64,000 bases of DNA from an uncultured delta proteobacterium (GCA_963826785.1 CAWGYD010000008.1:96001-160000), one strand, 5' to 3'. Shown: positions 54,073-64,000, numbered from the stretch's first letter. The notes: generated from the sequence alone by a model not told the origin. A program made the numbers and translations.

Positions 54073-54796
54073 AAGAGGTGAAGAGCATCCCAACAGTTTT
54101 GATCTGCTTCTTGATACGATTTGCAATGCCTTTGGAGGAATCATCCTCGTCTCCCTATTGATGTCCATCTTAATTTGCGCAGGAAGTAAGGAGGCGGATG
54201 AGAAGGCAACCGAATTGAGTCCTTCCCTACACTCAACCCCAAATAATGATCCGAAAAAGTTATCGTGCGAAATTGAAGATTTTAAAAAGAAAAGCGATGA
54301 TATTCTTTTATCAATCAATGCTCTCAAAAATCAAATCACGACACTAAATGAAGAAATCGCAATAAAAAAAGCGTCCAGATTAAGGCGCCTCCGCCTACCT
54401 CGCCTGCGGGAAGTGACAGGCAAAAGAACCATCGTCACAGCGATTTATAATGGTAAGTTTTATATATTCCACGATTTACAAGATAAAATTCACGAACATG
54501 ACAACTCTGATGCCCGTGTAATCGAAGATAAGGATAAGATAACAATTCGGCCGTTTAAAAACAGAGGGCAACCAATAATGGAAAATGCCGAAAATTCAGG
54601 AAAATTGAATGCGGCCCTCAAAAATCTTAATCCGTCCCATGAGTATATACTTTTTTGTGTTTATAAAGATTCATTTGCCGAATTCAACCATGTAAAAAAA
54701 CTTTTTGTAGATAAAGGATTTGATTACAATTGGATAATTTGCTCTGCCGATGAAGATATTAAACTCATGAAGGCGCAGCATGTGAATGTACAATAA
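54065..54796 (+). CDS. ExbD/TolR-like partner subunit 2
   Basis: TM FDLLLDTICNAFGGIILVSLL with Asp, coiled coil, C-terminal VYKDSF..GFDYNW. Overlaps the previous stop (ATGAGTAA). Confidence 0.6.
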   Translation: MSKRGEEHPNSFDLLLDTICNAFGGIILVSLLMSILICAGSKEADEKATELSPSLHSTPNNDPKKLSCEIEDFKKKSDDILLSINALKNQITTLNEEIAIKKASRLRRLRLPRLREVTGKRTIVTAIYNGKFYIFHDLQDKIHEHDNSDARVIEDKDKITIRPFKNRGQPIMENAENSGKLNAALKNLNPSHEYILFCVYKDSFAEFNHVKKLFVDKGFDYNWIICSADEDIKLMKAQHVNVQ

Positions 54797-55060
54797 AATT
54801 TGGCATTATCTAAAACCTGAAGACGCGGTTAATCAAAGTGAAGGCCAACCCCCGATTTTTAAAAATGGATTTAGGCAAGGCAATGACGTCTTGCCTCATC
54901 ATCATCGATGCAACGTCAGCCGATAAAAAGCAATTCATAGGAGCTCTTATCAGATAAGGACCATTCATCGACACCCCCACTTTTTACTGGCAACTCAACT
55001 GGCCCCATATGCCAAACGCGTCTTATGGCAATTCCTTGCATCGAGAGAAATGATGAAGTG

Positions 55061-55651
55061 TCATTTTAACGTTTCGTCTATCTTCCAACACACCGGAACA
55101 GGATTTGCCGCAATGGAAAATATGTGCTTGTCATGAAAGAAATGACGCACGATCCATTCCCGATGGTCATAGGAGACCCCCAGGCGCGATTCATCGATGA
55201 TCCGGTGCACCCGGCAGGCGGATAGCCCCGTCAACCCGATCCCGCAGGCTTTGAGGACCGCTTCCTTGGCCGTAAAATAGCGGTAGAAAGCCAGATCCGT
55301 AACCGAATCCCACAATGCCCATTCGGATTCATCCGCGATTTTTTTAAACATCCCGGCGCGCACCGGCAGCAAGGCTTCCAGATCGATGCCCACCCGATGG
55401 GAGGATACCACGCCGGCCACATATTGCGGCTTGTGGCTCACAGACCAGAAGTATCCGTTTTCAGGAAGGGGCGCCCCTGAAGCATCAGCTTCGAGGCGAT
55501 CCAGGGTGATGCCGGTCCGGGCCGCGGAGGCCTTCACCGCCTGTCGGGCCAGTCGGCTCAAGTTCGCGGCATTTTGGCGGCCGGTGAAACCCGCACACGA
55601 TTCCGGCACCCTGTGGATTACCGGATAAATCGGATCATCATGCCCTGGCAT
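55061..55651 (-). CDS. 4'-phosphopantetheinyl transferase (Sfp-like)
   Basis: GAP, WSVSH, VGIDLE and FTAKEAVLKACGIGL motifs. Confidence 0.85.
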   Translation of the reverse strand: MPGHDDPIYPVIHRVPESCAGFTGRQNAANLSRLARQAVKASAARTGITLDRLEADASGAPLPENGYFWSVSHKPQYVAGVVSSHRVGIDLEALLPVRAGMFKKIADESEWALWDSVTDLAFYRYFTAKEAVLKACGIGLTGLSACRVHRIIDESRLGVSYDHREWIVRHFFHDKHIFSIAANPVPVCWKIDETLK

Positions 55652-55682
55652 GGCCTTTGCCCCGGATCCATCTTCATTTGAT

Positions 55683-57800
55683 TCACGGATGCTCAAACGT
55701 AATGATGATGTCGGCCACTGTGGCGCCTTTCCCTTCCTCATGGACAAACAGGGGGTTGATGTCGAGTTCCTTGATATTGGGATGTTCGGTCACCAGATGG
55801 GACAGCCCCACCAGCAGCTGCTCCAGTTTTTCGATATCCGCATGGGGTTTTCCCCGGTAGCCGGTGAGCATCTCGTATCCCTTGATGCTCCGGATCATAC
55901 GCCGGGCGTTGTTTCTGCCGATGGGCGCCAGTTTGAAGGTCACGTTTTTAAACAGTTCCACGTAGATGCCGCCGAAACCGAACATGATCAAATGGCCGAA
56001 GTTTTCGTACTTGGTCACCCCCAGGATCACCTCCAGGCCCGGGGGGGCCATCTTCTGGATCAAAACGCCATCGATGCGCGCATCCGGTTTGAAGGCGTGT
56101 GCATTTTTAATGATGGCATCAAAACTCTCTTTGACTTCATCCGCGGTTTTCAGGTTGACCCGCACACACCCGGCATCCGATTTATGCAGAATATCGGGCG
56201 AGGCGATCTTGAGCGCCACCGGCGAGCCGATTTCACCGGCGATGCGCCCGGCTTCATCGGCGGTTTGGGCCACCTTCATGGGCAGCATGTCAAAGCCGTA
56301 GCACTGCAGCAATTCCTGGCCGTCATATTCGCCTAAAACGGTTTTGCCTTCCGCAAGCGTCTTATCCACGATCTGCCGGGCCCGGGCGCTGTCGATTTTA
56401 ATATCGAATTCCGGCAGGATCTTCCGGTGAAGCCAGCGGTTGGCTTCATGAAGTTTTCCCATGGACCGGGCTGCGTTTTCCGGAAACTGGAACACCGGGA
56501 CATGATGGGCCTGCAGGTATTCGACCCCGGCCGAGACGTCCACCACCCCCATGAAACTGCAGATAATCGGCTTATTGCTTTTTTCATAAATTTTGACGAT
56601 GGCCTCGGCCGTGCCGATGGCGTCGGTCATGGACTGGGGGGTGAGAATCATCAGGACCCCGTCTACGCCTTCATCGCTGATCACTGCTTCCAGGGCATGT
56701 TCATAGCGGTCGCTGGGCGCATCCCCGATGACATCCACCGGATTGTGAAAATTGGCGGTGGGGGGCAGATACTGGCGCAGCAGCGCATCGGTTTGTTCGC
56801 TGAACCGGGCCAGCCGAAGACCTGAAATCTCGGTCATGTCCGTGGCGATGATACCGGGGCCGCCCGCATTGGTGATAATGGCCACCCGATTGCCGGCCGG
56901 AATCTTTTCGGCGGAAAACGCTTCGGCAAAATCAAACAGGTCATCCACCGTATCGACCCGTATGATCCCGGCCTGGTCGAAAATGGCATTATAAACCGCT
57001 TCCGTGCCCGCCAGCGAGCCGGTATGGGAGGCGGCGGCGGCGGCACCGGCCGTGGTTTTCCCGGACTTGATCACCAGGATGGGGGTGGGCCGGTCACCGG
57101 AGGTGATGTGTTTGACCTCCTGGATGAAGGTGGGGCGGTACCGGAGTTCCTCCATGTAGATCATGATGACTTTGGTTTTCGGGTCCTTGTGATAATAGCG
57201 CAGCAAATCCAGTTCATCCACGTCGGCCTTGTTGCCGATGGAGACGAATTTGGAAAACCCGAATCCCCGATCCGCGGCAAAATCGAGCACCGCCGTGCAC
57301 AAGGCCCCGCTCTGGGAAATAAAAGAGATGTTTCCCACCCGGGGCATGCGGGTGGAGAAACTGGCATTGAGCCGGACATCGGCATGGGGATTGATCACCC
57401 CCAGGCAGTTGGGGCCCACCAGGCGGATGCCGGCTGCACGGCATTTTTCGGCGATCGCCTCCTCGATGGCGGCCCCCTCGCCGCCGACTTCCCTGAAGCC
57501 CGCCGATACGATGACAATCCCCTTGACCGGTTTTTCAATACACTGGTCAACGGCTTTTAACGCCAGTTTCGGCGGCAGGATGATCATGGCCAGATCCACC
57601 GGGTCCGGAATGTCCAGGATGGTGGGATAACACCGGACGCTCAGGATGGAGCGGGCGGTGGGATTGACCGGGTAGAGGGTCCCCTGGTATCCGCCCTTGA
57701 GCACATTGGCGAAAATATCATGGCCGACCTTGCCGGGGGTGGAGGATGCCCCGATGACGGCAACCGATTCGGGTGAAAAAATGGCGTCCAGCTTATCCAT
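55683..57800 (-). CDS. Acetate/acyl-CoA ligase (ADP-forming), fused alpha-beta
   Basis: VAVIGAS, GPNCLG, SQSGA, SHTGSLAG, NPVDVIGDA, HKSDAG and ELDINPL motifs. Confidence 0.92.
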   Translation of the reverse strand: MDKLDAIFSPESVAVIGASSTPGKVGHDIFANVLKGGYQGTLYPVNPTARSILSVRCYPTILDIPDPVDLAMIILPPKLALKAVDQCIEKPVKGIVIVSAGFREVGGEGAAIEEAIAEKCRAAGIRLVGPNCLGVINPHADVRLNASFSTRMPRVGNISFISQSGALCTAVLDFAADRGFGFSKFVSIGNKADVDELDLLRYYHKDPKTKVIMIYMEELRYRPTFIQEVKHITSGDRPTPILVIKSGKTTAGAAAAASHTGSLAGTEAVYNAIFDQAGIIRVDTVDDLFDFAEAFSAEKIPAGNRVAIITNAGGPGIIATDMTEISGLRLARFSEQTDALLRQYLPPTANFHNPVDVIGDAPSDRYEHALEAVISDEGVDGVLMILTPQSMTDAIGTAEAIVKIYEKSNKPIICSFMGVVDVSAGVEYLQAHHVPVFQFPENAARSMGKLHEANRWLHRKILPEFDIKIDSARARQIVDKTLAEGKTVLGEYDGQELLQCYGFDMLPMKVAQTADEAGRIAGEIGSPVALKIASPDILHKSDAGCVRVNLKTADEVKESFDAIIKNAHAFKPDARIDGVLIQKMAPPGLEVILGVTKYENFGHLIMFGFGGIYVELFKNVTFKLAPIGRNNARRMIRSIKGYEMLTGYRGKPHADIEKLEQLLVGLSHLVTEHPNIKELDINPLFVHEEGKGATVADIIITFEHP

Positions 57801-57884
57801 GCAGGTTCTCCTTTTGACGTGATTGATTCGCCCCCGGAAAAAGGGATCGGTCGTTTTTATTCGGCAATAAAGATAATCGGATAG

Positions 57885-58778
57885 TTACGTATTCGTCAAG
57901 TCCGACTTGACCTGAAGGATCATTTCATAGATCCGGTTTTTACCCATCCCGGTTTCCCTGGAAAGCTTCCGGGCCAGAGCGGATGCGCTTTCGGAGGACT
58001 TCAGCACAGCTTCCCGGACCCTTTCGGCCAGATCATCCGGCTCCGCCTCAACGGATTTCCGGGGGCATCCGGCCACCAGCAGGGTGATTTCCCCTTTAAT
58101 GGTGTCGCGCTCGGAAAGGCTGTCAAAAATTTCTGAAATCGGGCCGCGGATGAATTCCTCGAAGGTCTTGGTCATCTCCCGGGCAAGCACTGCCGGACGG
58201 TCTCCCAGGATGTCGGCCATCGCTTTGAGCACGGACATGATGCGCCGGGGGGATTCATAAAAGATCAGGGTGGCGCTCTCATCGGCCAGGGCCTGCAGTC
58301 GAAGGGTCCGTTTGGCGGATCTGGGGGGAAGAAATCCGACGAATACGAAAGCGTCCGTGGGCAGGCCCGATGCGCTCAGCGCGGTGACGGCGGCGCTTAC
58401 CCCGGGGATGGGGACGACCCGGATGCCCGCCGCAATGGCCGTCTGCAGGATGCGGTACCCCGGATCCGACATGGTGGGGGTTCCGGCATTGGATACCAGG
58501 GCCACCGATGCCCCGTCCTTAAGTCTCTGGATGATTGCCGGCGCCTGTTCGGCCTCGTTGTGCTCGTGGCAGGCGATCAGCCTGGCCTGGATGTCGAAAT
58601 GGGTGAGCAGTTTGCGGGTGTGGCGGGTGTCTTCGGCAGCGATGAGATCGACGGACTTCAACGTATCCAGGGCACGCAAGGTGATATCCCCCAGGTTTCC
58701 GATGGGGGTCGCCACCATATAGAGGATCCCCGGCGTGGCACCCGGCTGTTTTATTTCAGCTGACAAATTCAAAGGCAT
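57885..58778 (-). CDS. rsmI: 16S rRNA C1402 2'-O-methyltransferase
   Basis: LYMVATPIGNLGDIT, AEDTR, SDPG, YESPRR and REMTK motifs. Confidence 0.95.
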   Translation of the reverse strand: MPLNLSAEIKQPGATPGILYMVATPIGNLGDITLRALDTLKSVDLIAAEDTRHTRKLLTHFDIQARLIACHEHNEAEQAPAIIQRLKDGASVALVSNAGTPTMSDPGYRILQTAIAAGIRVVPIPGVSAAVTALSASGLPTDAFVFVGFLPPRSAKRTLRLQALADESATLIFYESPRRIMSVLKAMADILGDRPAVLAREMTKTFEEFIRGPISEIFDSLSERDTIKGEITLLVAGCPRKSVEAEPDDLAERVREAVLKSSESASALARKLSRETGMGKNRIYEMILQVKSDLTNT

Positions 58779-59124
58779 TTTTGATGATCTCGACGCGGGT
58801 ATTTTCACTGTCGGCATTGATGGCAACCACGTCGAAGCGGGCCCGGACATTCATCTGACGGGTTGATTTCAGGTAAAAAAGCGCATTTTTTGCAATTTTG
58901 CGCTGCTTGGCCGGCGTGACGGCCGCCTTGGCACTGCCGTAGACAGACGATTTCCGGGTTTTGACTTCCACGAACACCAGGGTGTCTCCATCTTTGGCGA
59001 TAATATCGATTTCTCCCACGGGTGTGCGGTAGTTGGTATGCAAGACCCTGTACCCCTGAGCCTTTAGCGCCTTGCCCGCAAGCGCTTCTCCAAATTGTCC
59101 AAACCGCAGCCGCTGGAGCGTCAT
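58756..59124 (-). CDS. yraN: YraN family endonuclease-fold protein
   Basis: GEIDIIA, LVFVEVKTR and RFDVV motifs. Confidence 0.92.
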   Translation of the reverse strand: MTLQRLRFGQFGEALAGKALKAQGYRVLHTNYRTPVGEIDIIAKDGDTLVFVEVKTRKSSVYGSAKAAVTPAKQRKIAKNALFYLKSTRQMNVRARFDVVAINADSENTRVEIIKNAFEFVS

Positions 59125-59723
59125 GACTCAAAAACGCCTTTAAACGTTTTCCGATGGATAAAACAACATCCGAATTTCCGGATGGCCTCCCGGTGCAGGC
59201 GGGTGGCATACCCTTTATGGCGGCAGAATTCAAACTCCGGGTAATCGAGATGGTATCCTTCCATGAGCCGGTCACGGGTGACTTTGGCCACGATGGAGGC
59301 CGCAGATATGGAAATGCTCAGTTGATCGCCGTTGATTACCGGCTGCTGGGGAAAATCGATTTTGAGGCTGTAGGGCCCGTCGATCAGAAGAAAGTCGGGG
59401 ACAGGCCTTAGATTCCGGACCGCAATGGCCATGGAAACCAGTGAAGCCTGCAGAATATTGATCCGGTCAATCTCGTGGGCGTCCACGATCCCGATGCCCA
59501 CGGCAATGGCAAGATCGTAGATGGAGTCATAGAGCGCATCGCGCTTTTCGGGGGAGAGCAGTTTCGAATCGGTGATACCGTTTTGGGGAACAACGGTAGG
59601 CAGGATGACCGCAGCGGAGACAACCGGGCCGGCCAGCGGCCCGCGGCCGGCCTCGTCGATCCCGGCCACATGAACATGGCCGTTTCGCCGGGCCGCTTTC
59701 TCAAACGCCCAGATATCATCCAT
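59121..59723 (-). CDS. rnhB: Ribonuclease HII
   Basis: GIDEAGRGPLAGPV, DSK, AASIVAKVTRD and HKGY motifs. Confidence 0.96.
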   Translation of the reverse strand: MDDIWAFEKAARRNGHVHVAGIDEAGRGPLAGPVVSAAVILPTVVPQNGITDSKLLSPEKRDALYDSIYDLAIAVGIGIVDAHEIDRINILQASLVSMAIAVRNLRPVPDFLLIDGPYSLKIDFPQQPVINGDQLSISISAASIVAKVTRDRLMEGYHLDYPEFEFCRHKGYATRLHREAIRKFGCCFIHRKTFKGVFES

Positions 59724-59915
59724 GCGGTTGCGTCAATCACCCTAAACGATGGACGTGAACATACACGCCATGTCGGCATGTTTTCCAGACTGCCCAGATA
59801 TAAGCCCGCCCCCGGAATAGAAATGCAGGGACGCATTTTCGCCCCTGCGAACCCGAAACAGACGATTTTGCATCATCTTAAACGCAAAATGGAATTAGAA
59901 GAATTCCGTTTCCGA

Positions 59916-60263
59916 TTAGCTCGGCCGGCGTTCTTTAAGCCGTGCCGCCTTGCCGCGCAGCTTGCGCAAGTAGTAAATCTTGGCACGGCGGACCCGGCCC
60001 AGGGTGACGACCTCGATCTTGTCGATGGAGGGCGAATTCAGGGGAAAAACACGCTCCACCCCTACCCCGTAGGACACCTTGCGAACGGTAAACGCAGCAC
60101 CGGACAATCCGTTCCGTCTGCTGATCACCACACCCTGGAAAACCTGGATCCGCTCCTTTTCCCCCTCGCGGATGCGCACATGAACCTTGACGGTATCGCC
60201 GGGCGCGAAAGCCGGATAATCCAGCCTTAACTGCTCTCTTTCAATCTGCCTGATCTTTTCCAT
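59916..60263 (-). CDS. rplS: 50S ribosomal protein L19
   Basis: [23 protein letters not shown] and [10 protein letters not shown] motifs. Confidence 0.98.
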   Translation of the reverse strand: MEKIRQIEREQLRLDYPAFAPGDTVKVHVRIREGEKERIQVFQGVVISRRNGLSGAAFTVRKVSYGVGVERVFPLNSPSIDKIEVVTLGRVRRAKIYYLRKLRGKAARLKERRPS

Positions 60264-60307
60264 GTTTCTGCCTCTGTATTCTATGAATTAGCGTTAAAGA
60301 ATATCTA

Positions 60308-60895
60308 TCATATCGATGGTCTGCAGCCCAGCACCCGGTCCAGGACGATAGCGGCTGCGGACCGGACCGACAGGTGATTGTAATCGGCGCGGCCCCGGAT
60401 GGGTTCCAGCACAAAATCGACGCTGTCCATGAATTCGTCCGTCAGTCCCCACGCGGTTCCCAGAACGATCAAAAACGTATCTTCTGAGGTGTTGACCAGA
60501 CCCCGCAGGGTTTCAAAACCAAGCGTCCGGTCTTTTCCGGCCGCGCAGGTGGCCACAATTTTTATGTTTTCCGGGCCATCGGCCCGGATGTCCTCGATCA
60601 CCTGATCCAGATCTTGTGCCAGCCGGATGCCGTTAAGGGCCTGTTTGCGTTTCGGGTTATATATGCCCCCCGACCCGTTTGTCCAGTGAGAAATTATTTT
60701 TTTCACCAGCGACTGCTGATCGGTCAGGGGCGTGACCACATAAAACGCGCGGATCCCGTATGTGGCGGCCGCCCTTGCGATATCGTGCAAGTCCAGATTC
60801 GTTACCGCCGAAACAATCGTTTCCCCGTTTTTGTTTTTGACGGGATGATGCAGCAGCGCCAGATACACTTTGGGAAGCAAATTGCAATCAGGCAT
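60308..60895 (-). CDS. SPOUT-type RNA methyltransferase (trmD-associated)
   Basis: LLHHPV, VTNLDLHDIAR, GTAWGL and YNHLSVRSA motifs. Confidence 0.88.
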   Translation of the reverse strand: MPDCNLLPKVYLALLHHPVKNKNGETIVSAVTNLDLHDIARAAATYGIRAFYVVTPLTDQQSLVKKIISHWTNGSGGIYNPKRKQALNGIRLAQDLDQVIEDIRADGPENIKIVATCAAGKDRTLGFETLRGLVNTSEDTFLIVLGTAWGLTDEFMDSVDFVLEPIRGRADYNHLSVRSAAAIVLDRVLGCRPSI

Positions 60896-61634
60896 CGACA
60901 AGTCGTTCAACCTGGTCACACCATTTTTTCAGAATCTGCTTCTCCCGGTCATCGAGTTTCCTGTCTTTTAGCAGATCCGGGCGTTTCAGCAGCGTCCGGA
61001 CCAGAGACGATTCCATCCGCCAATCCGCGATGGCGGCATGGTTGCCGGAGGTCAGGACTTCCGGAACGTATTGATTCTCGAATACCGGGGGCCGGGTGTA
61101 ATGGGCATGTTCCAGCAGGTTGTCCGCAAACGAATCTTTTTCGGCCGATTCACCGCACCCCAGAACGCCCGGTATCAAACGGGTCAGCGCATCCACCAGA
61201 ACCATGGCGGCGACTTCTCCGCCGGTGAGGATATAGTCGCCGATGGAAATTTCCGCATCCACATGGTCATATACCCGCTCGTCCATCCCTTCATACCGAC
61301 CGCAGACCAGTATCAGCCCTTCTTCTCTGGAAAGCGTTCCGGCCAGCGGCTGATCGAACGGTCTGCCCTGGGGCCCCAGCAGGATGGTTTTCGCGTAAGG
61401 CGCCCGCGATTTGGCGTCCGTAATCGCTTTGACCAAGGGTTCCGGCTTCATGACCATGCCGGCGCCGCCCCCATAGGGCCGGTCATCCGTGACCCGGTGC
61501 CGCCCCTGGGCGTGCTCCCGGATATCCATCGGGGTCGCCGTGATAATTCCCTTTTCAATGGCCAGGCGGATCATTCCGCAGGCGAAAAAAGAATCGAAGA
61601 TCTCCGGAAATATGGTTAAAATAAAAAAATCCAT
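60888..61634 (-). CDS. trmD: tRNA (guanine37-N1)-methyltransferase
   Basis: LTIFPE, DDRPYGGGAGM, CGRYEG and SIGDYILTGGE motifs. Confidence 0.97.
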   Translation of the reverse strand: MDFFILTIFPEIFDSFFACGMIRLAIEKGIITATPMDIREHAQGRHRVTDDRPYGGGAGMVMKPEPLVKAITDAKSRAPYAKTILLGPQGRPFDQPLAGTLSREEGLILVCGRYEGMDERVYDHVDAEISIGDYILTGGEVAAMVLVDALTRLIPGVLGCGESAEKDSFADNLLEHAHYTRPPVFENQYVPEVLTSGNHAAIADWRMESSLVRTLLKRPDLLKDRKLDDREKQILKKWCDQVERLVDA

Positions 61635-61647
61635 CGCAGCGAAATCT

Positions 61648-62178
61648 TCAAAGTCCCTCGGGCAGATCAACCGTGATCTGTCCGCTTTTCGGATCAATGC
61701 ACCGCACGATGGATGCCGCGGCCGGAATAAGCGTTTCTTCGTCGTCCCGCTTGACCACGAACACATCATTTCCCCCCGCGGAGAAAATATGTTCGAGCCG
61801 GCCGATATACGCATTTTTGATATCGTAGACTTCAAGTCCGATCAGATCGGACCAGTACCAGCTGTCCGGCTCCTCGATTTCAGGAAGCTGATGGCGGTTT
61901 ACGAAGATTTCAGCGCCCTGCAGCCCTTCCGCAGCCGTTCGGTCGGCCACGCCTGACAGTGCAATACGCAGGATGTTCCTGTAGGGCTTGCAGTCTCTGA
62001 TCGTATAGGGTTCCCGCCTGCCGCCGGGATGCATCAATTCAATCTGATTTTGGGGATCATACAGGGCGTTTGTTTCTGTATAGGAACAAACATTGACATA
62101 CCCCTTGATCCCGTGCGCCCCCATAATCTTTCCGATTTTCAGGGGACTGTTTTCGCCCGTCCGGGCCGTTTTGCTCAA
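61648..62178 (-). CDS. rimM: Ribosome maturation factor RimM
   Basis: [19 protein letters not shown] and NDV..LIP motifs; operon position. Confidence 0.93.
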   Translation of the reverse strand: MSKTARTGENSPLKIGKIMGAHGIKGYVNVCSYTETNALYDPQNQIELMHPGGRREPYTIRDCKPYRNILRIALSGVADRTAAEGLQGAEIFVNRHQLPEIEEPDSWYWSDLIGLEVYDIKNAYIGRLEHIFSAGGNDVFVVKRDDEETLIPAAASIVRCIDPKSGQITVDLPEGL

Positions 62179-62408
62179 TCTTCTACGATTTCCAGCACTG
62201 TCCGTTTTTTTACCTTGGCCGACGCCGCGCCCAACAGGGTCCGCATTGCCCTTGCCGTCCTTCCCTGCTTGCCGATCACCTTGCCGAGGTCTTCTTTCGC
62301 GACCTTCAGTTCCAGCACCGACGTCTGGTCTCCCTCGATCTCGGTAACCTTTACCTCTTCAGGATTGTCAACGAGCGCTTTTGCAATGTAAGTGATCAGA
62401 TCTTTCAT
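62175..62408 (-). CDS. khpA: KH-domain RNA-binding protein
   Basis: LVDNPEEV and [13 protein letters not shown] motifs. Confidence 0.93.
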   Translation of the reverse strand: MKDLITYIAKALVDNPEEVKVTEIEGDQTSVLELKVAKEDLGKVIGKQGRTARAMRTLLGAASAKVKKRTVLEIVED

Positions 62409-62477
62409 GGTCCGTCTCCTTTACTGCTGCGGGGGAATAAGGAATAAGAGGTAAAAAAAACTTAAGCAGGCATTTCC

Positions 62478-62717
62478 CTAAAGTCCATTTTTTTCCAGAA
62501 GACTGTTCACCGTATCCGTCGGTTTGGCGCCTTGTGAGAGCCAGTACTGAACCCGCTCCGCTTTCAGGTTGACTTCTTTGGGCTCCACCATGGGGTTGTA
62601 GGTCCCGACTGTCTCGATAAATCTCCCATCCCGCGGGTATCGGCCATCGGCCACGACAATCCGGTAGAATGGTCTTTTCTTTGCACCAAATCTGGCTAAT
62701 CTGATTTTTACTGCCAT
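62478..62717 (-). CDS. rpsP: 30S ribosomal protein S16
   Basis: [22 protein letters not shown] and RDGRFIE motifs. Confidence 0.98.
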   Translation of the reverse strand: MAVKIRLARFGAKKRPFYRIVVADGRYPRDGRFIETVGTYNPMVEPKEVNLKAERVQYWLSQGAKPTDTVNSLLEKNGL

Positions 62718-62733
62718 ATCCGTCCTAACTCCT

Positions 62734-64000
62734 TCAAAAAGGCATCATTGTGCGGCCAATTCCGCGCATTAAACCGCCCTTGTTCAATTTCTTGATCATT
62801 TTCAAAACTTGGGCATAATTTTTCAGTAACTTATTGACTTCCTGTACACTGGTTCCGCTGCCGTTTGCAATCCTTTTCCGGCGGCTTCCGTTGATCATCT
62901 GGTATTTACGGCGTTCCTGGGGCGTCATGGAATTGATGATCGCCTCGATGCGGATCAGTTCCCGGTCATCGATGTCCATCTGGTCGATCTTCTTGATCTT
63001 GCTGACTCCGGGGATCATCTTGATCAGGTCGGTCAACGACCCCATTTTCCGCACCTGGGCCATCTGGTCCCGGAAATCTTCCAGCGAAAACTCGTTCTTC
63101 CGCAGTTTCTTTTCTAAATCCGCTGCTTTTTTCTCATCGACGACGCTCTGGGCTTTTTCGATGAAGGAAAGCATGTCCCCCATGCCCAGAATCCGCGAGG
63201 ACATGCGGTCCGGATGAAACGGCTCCAACTCGTTTAACTTTTCACCCACCCCGATGAACTTGATCGGTTTTCCGGTGATCGCCTTTATGGACAGGGCGGC
63301 GCCGCCCCGGGCATCTCCATCCATTTTGGTCAGCACCACGCCGCCGATATCGAGCTCCTGCTCAAACGACTGGGCGATGTTCACCGCATCCTGACCGGTC
63401 ATGGCATCGGCCACCAGAAGGATCTCCGACGGCTGCAGGGTGGCCTTGATATTTACGAGTTCGGCCATCAATGCTTCATCGATATGCAGTCGGCCTGCGG
63501 TATCGATGATCAGGGTATCGCACCCTTCGGCTGCCGCCGCCGCTTTGGCCCTTCGGCAGATTTCCACCGGGTCCATATCCGTGGTGGAGGCAAACGCCGG
63601 CAGGGACAGCTGAGTCGCCAGCTTCTGGAGCTGATCGATGGCCGCCGGCCGGTACACGTCCGCAGGCACCAGGTACGGCTTTTTCCCCTGCTTGCGCAGA
63701 TGAATCGCCAGTTTGCCCGCAGTCGTGGTCTTACCGGAGCCCTGGAGCCCCACCAGCATAATGGCGGCCGGCGCCGGTCCTGAAAGGTTCAGACCTTCGT
63801 TCTTGCTGCCCATCAAGGCGGTCAGCTCGTCATTGACGATCTTGATCACCTGCTGGGCGGGCGTCAGGCTGGAGAGGACTTCCTGCCCGACGGCGCGGGT
63901 CTTGATATCGGCGATCAACTGCTTGACCACCTTGTAATGGGCATCGGCTTCCAGAAGGGCCATCCGGACTTCCCGCAAGCCCTCCTCGATGTTCTTCTCG
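62734..64000 (-). CDS. ffh: Signal recognition particle protein (5'-truncated by window edge)
   Basis: [14 protein letters not shown] and [10 protein letters not shown] motifs plus the M domain. Confidence 0.97.
   Translation of the reverse strand, partial: EKNIEEGLREVRMALLEADAHYKVVKQLIADIKTRAVGQEVLSSLTPAQQVIKIVNDELTALMGSKNEGLNLSGPAPAAIMLVGLQGSGKTTTAGKLAIHLRKQGKKPYLVPADVYRPAAIDQLQKLATQLSLPAFASTTDMDPVEICRRAKAAAAAEGCDTLIIDTAGRLHIDEALMAELVNIKATLQPSEILLVADAMTGQDAVNIAQSFEQELDIGGVVLTKMDGDARGGAALSIKAITGKPIKFIGVGEKLNELEPFHPDRMSSRILGMGDMLSFIEKAQSVVDEKKAADLEKKLRKNEFSLEDFRDQMAQVRKMGSLTDLIKMIPGVSKIKKIDQMDIDDRELIRIEAIINSMTPQERRKYQMINGSRRKRIANGSGTSVQEVNKLLKNYAQVLKMIKKLNKGGLMRGIGRTMMPF

Noticed and set aside
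52518..54796. Zorya, or ordinary ExbBD/TolQR/MotAB
   Set aside because: No long ZorA tail, no OmpA-like domain, and no zorC/D/E, tonB, tolAB/pal or flagellar genes nearby.
55026..55040. TGGCAATTCCTTGCA as a sigma-54 promoter
   Set aside because: GG-GC spacing is one base short and it points into the 3' end of a convergent gene.
55061..55651. PPTase as sign of a PKS/NRPS cluster or as part of the island
   Set aside because: No carrier-protein or synthase genes in the window; host-like composition and co-oriented with the housekeeping run.

Overview
This is a bacterial window, probably from a sulfate-reducer-type deltaproteobacterium (Desulfobacterales-like; inferred from gene content only). 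It has four blocks. (1) 1-22.9 kb: a PEP-CTERM/exopolysaccharide locus with a deacetylase, a NusG/RfaH paralog, two PEP-CTERM proteins with sigma-54 promoters, a PilZ protein, a PAS-sigma54 activator, a sugar transferase, split Wzc, Wza, PrsT/PrsK/PrsR, an ExeA-like ATPase, an outer-membrane beta-barrel and a large surface protein, plus MITE/REP-like repeats. (2) 22.9-42.1 kb: GC-rich metabolic genes, including a PFOR interrupted by one in-frame TAG, an S1P-lyase-like enzyme next to an FGGY kinase, rsmA, an M16C protease, EtfA and a frameshifted hybrid kinase. (3) ~42.2-55.0 kb: a sharply AT-rich island. Its six-gene operon joins an FHA-GYF-Zn-ribbon-TRAFAC GTPase, a GAP1-N2-like membrane protein and a 964-aa single-pass helical protein to a MotA/TolQ/ExbB channel with two different Asp-bearing partner subunits. 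This is the best candidate for an uncharacterised system. (4) 55-64 kb: the housekeeping ffh-rpsP-khpA-rimM-trmD-rplS-rnhB-yraN-rsmI cluster plus an acyl-CoA synthetase and a PPTase. No tRNA, rRNA, CRISPR array or transposase was recognised. Family calls come from motif recognition by eye, not database searches.
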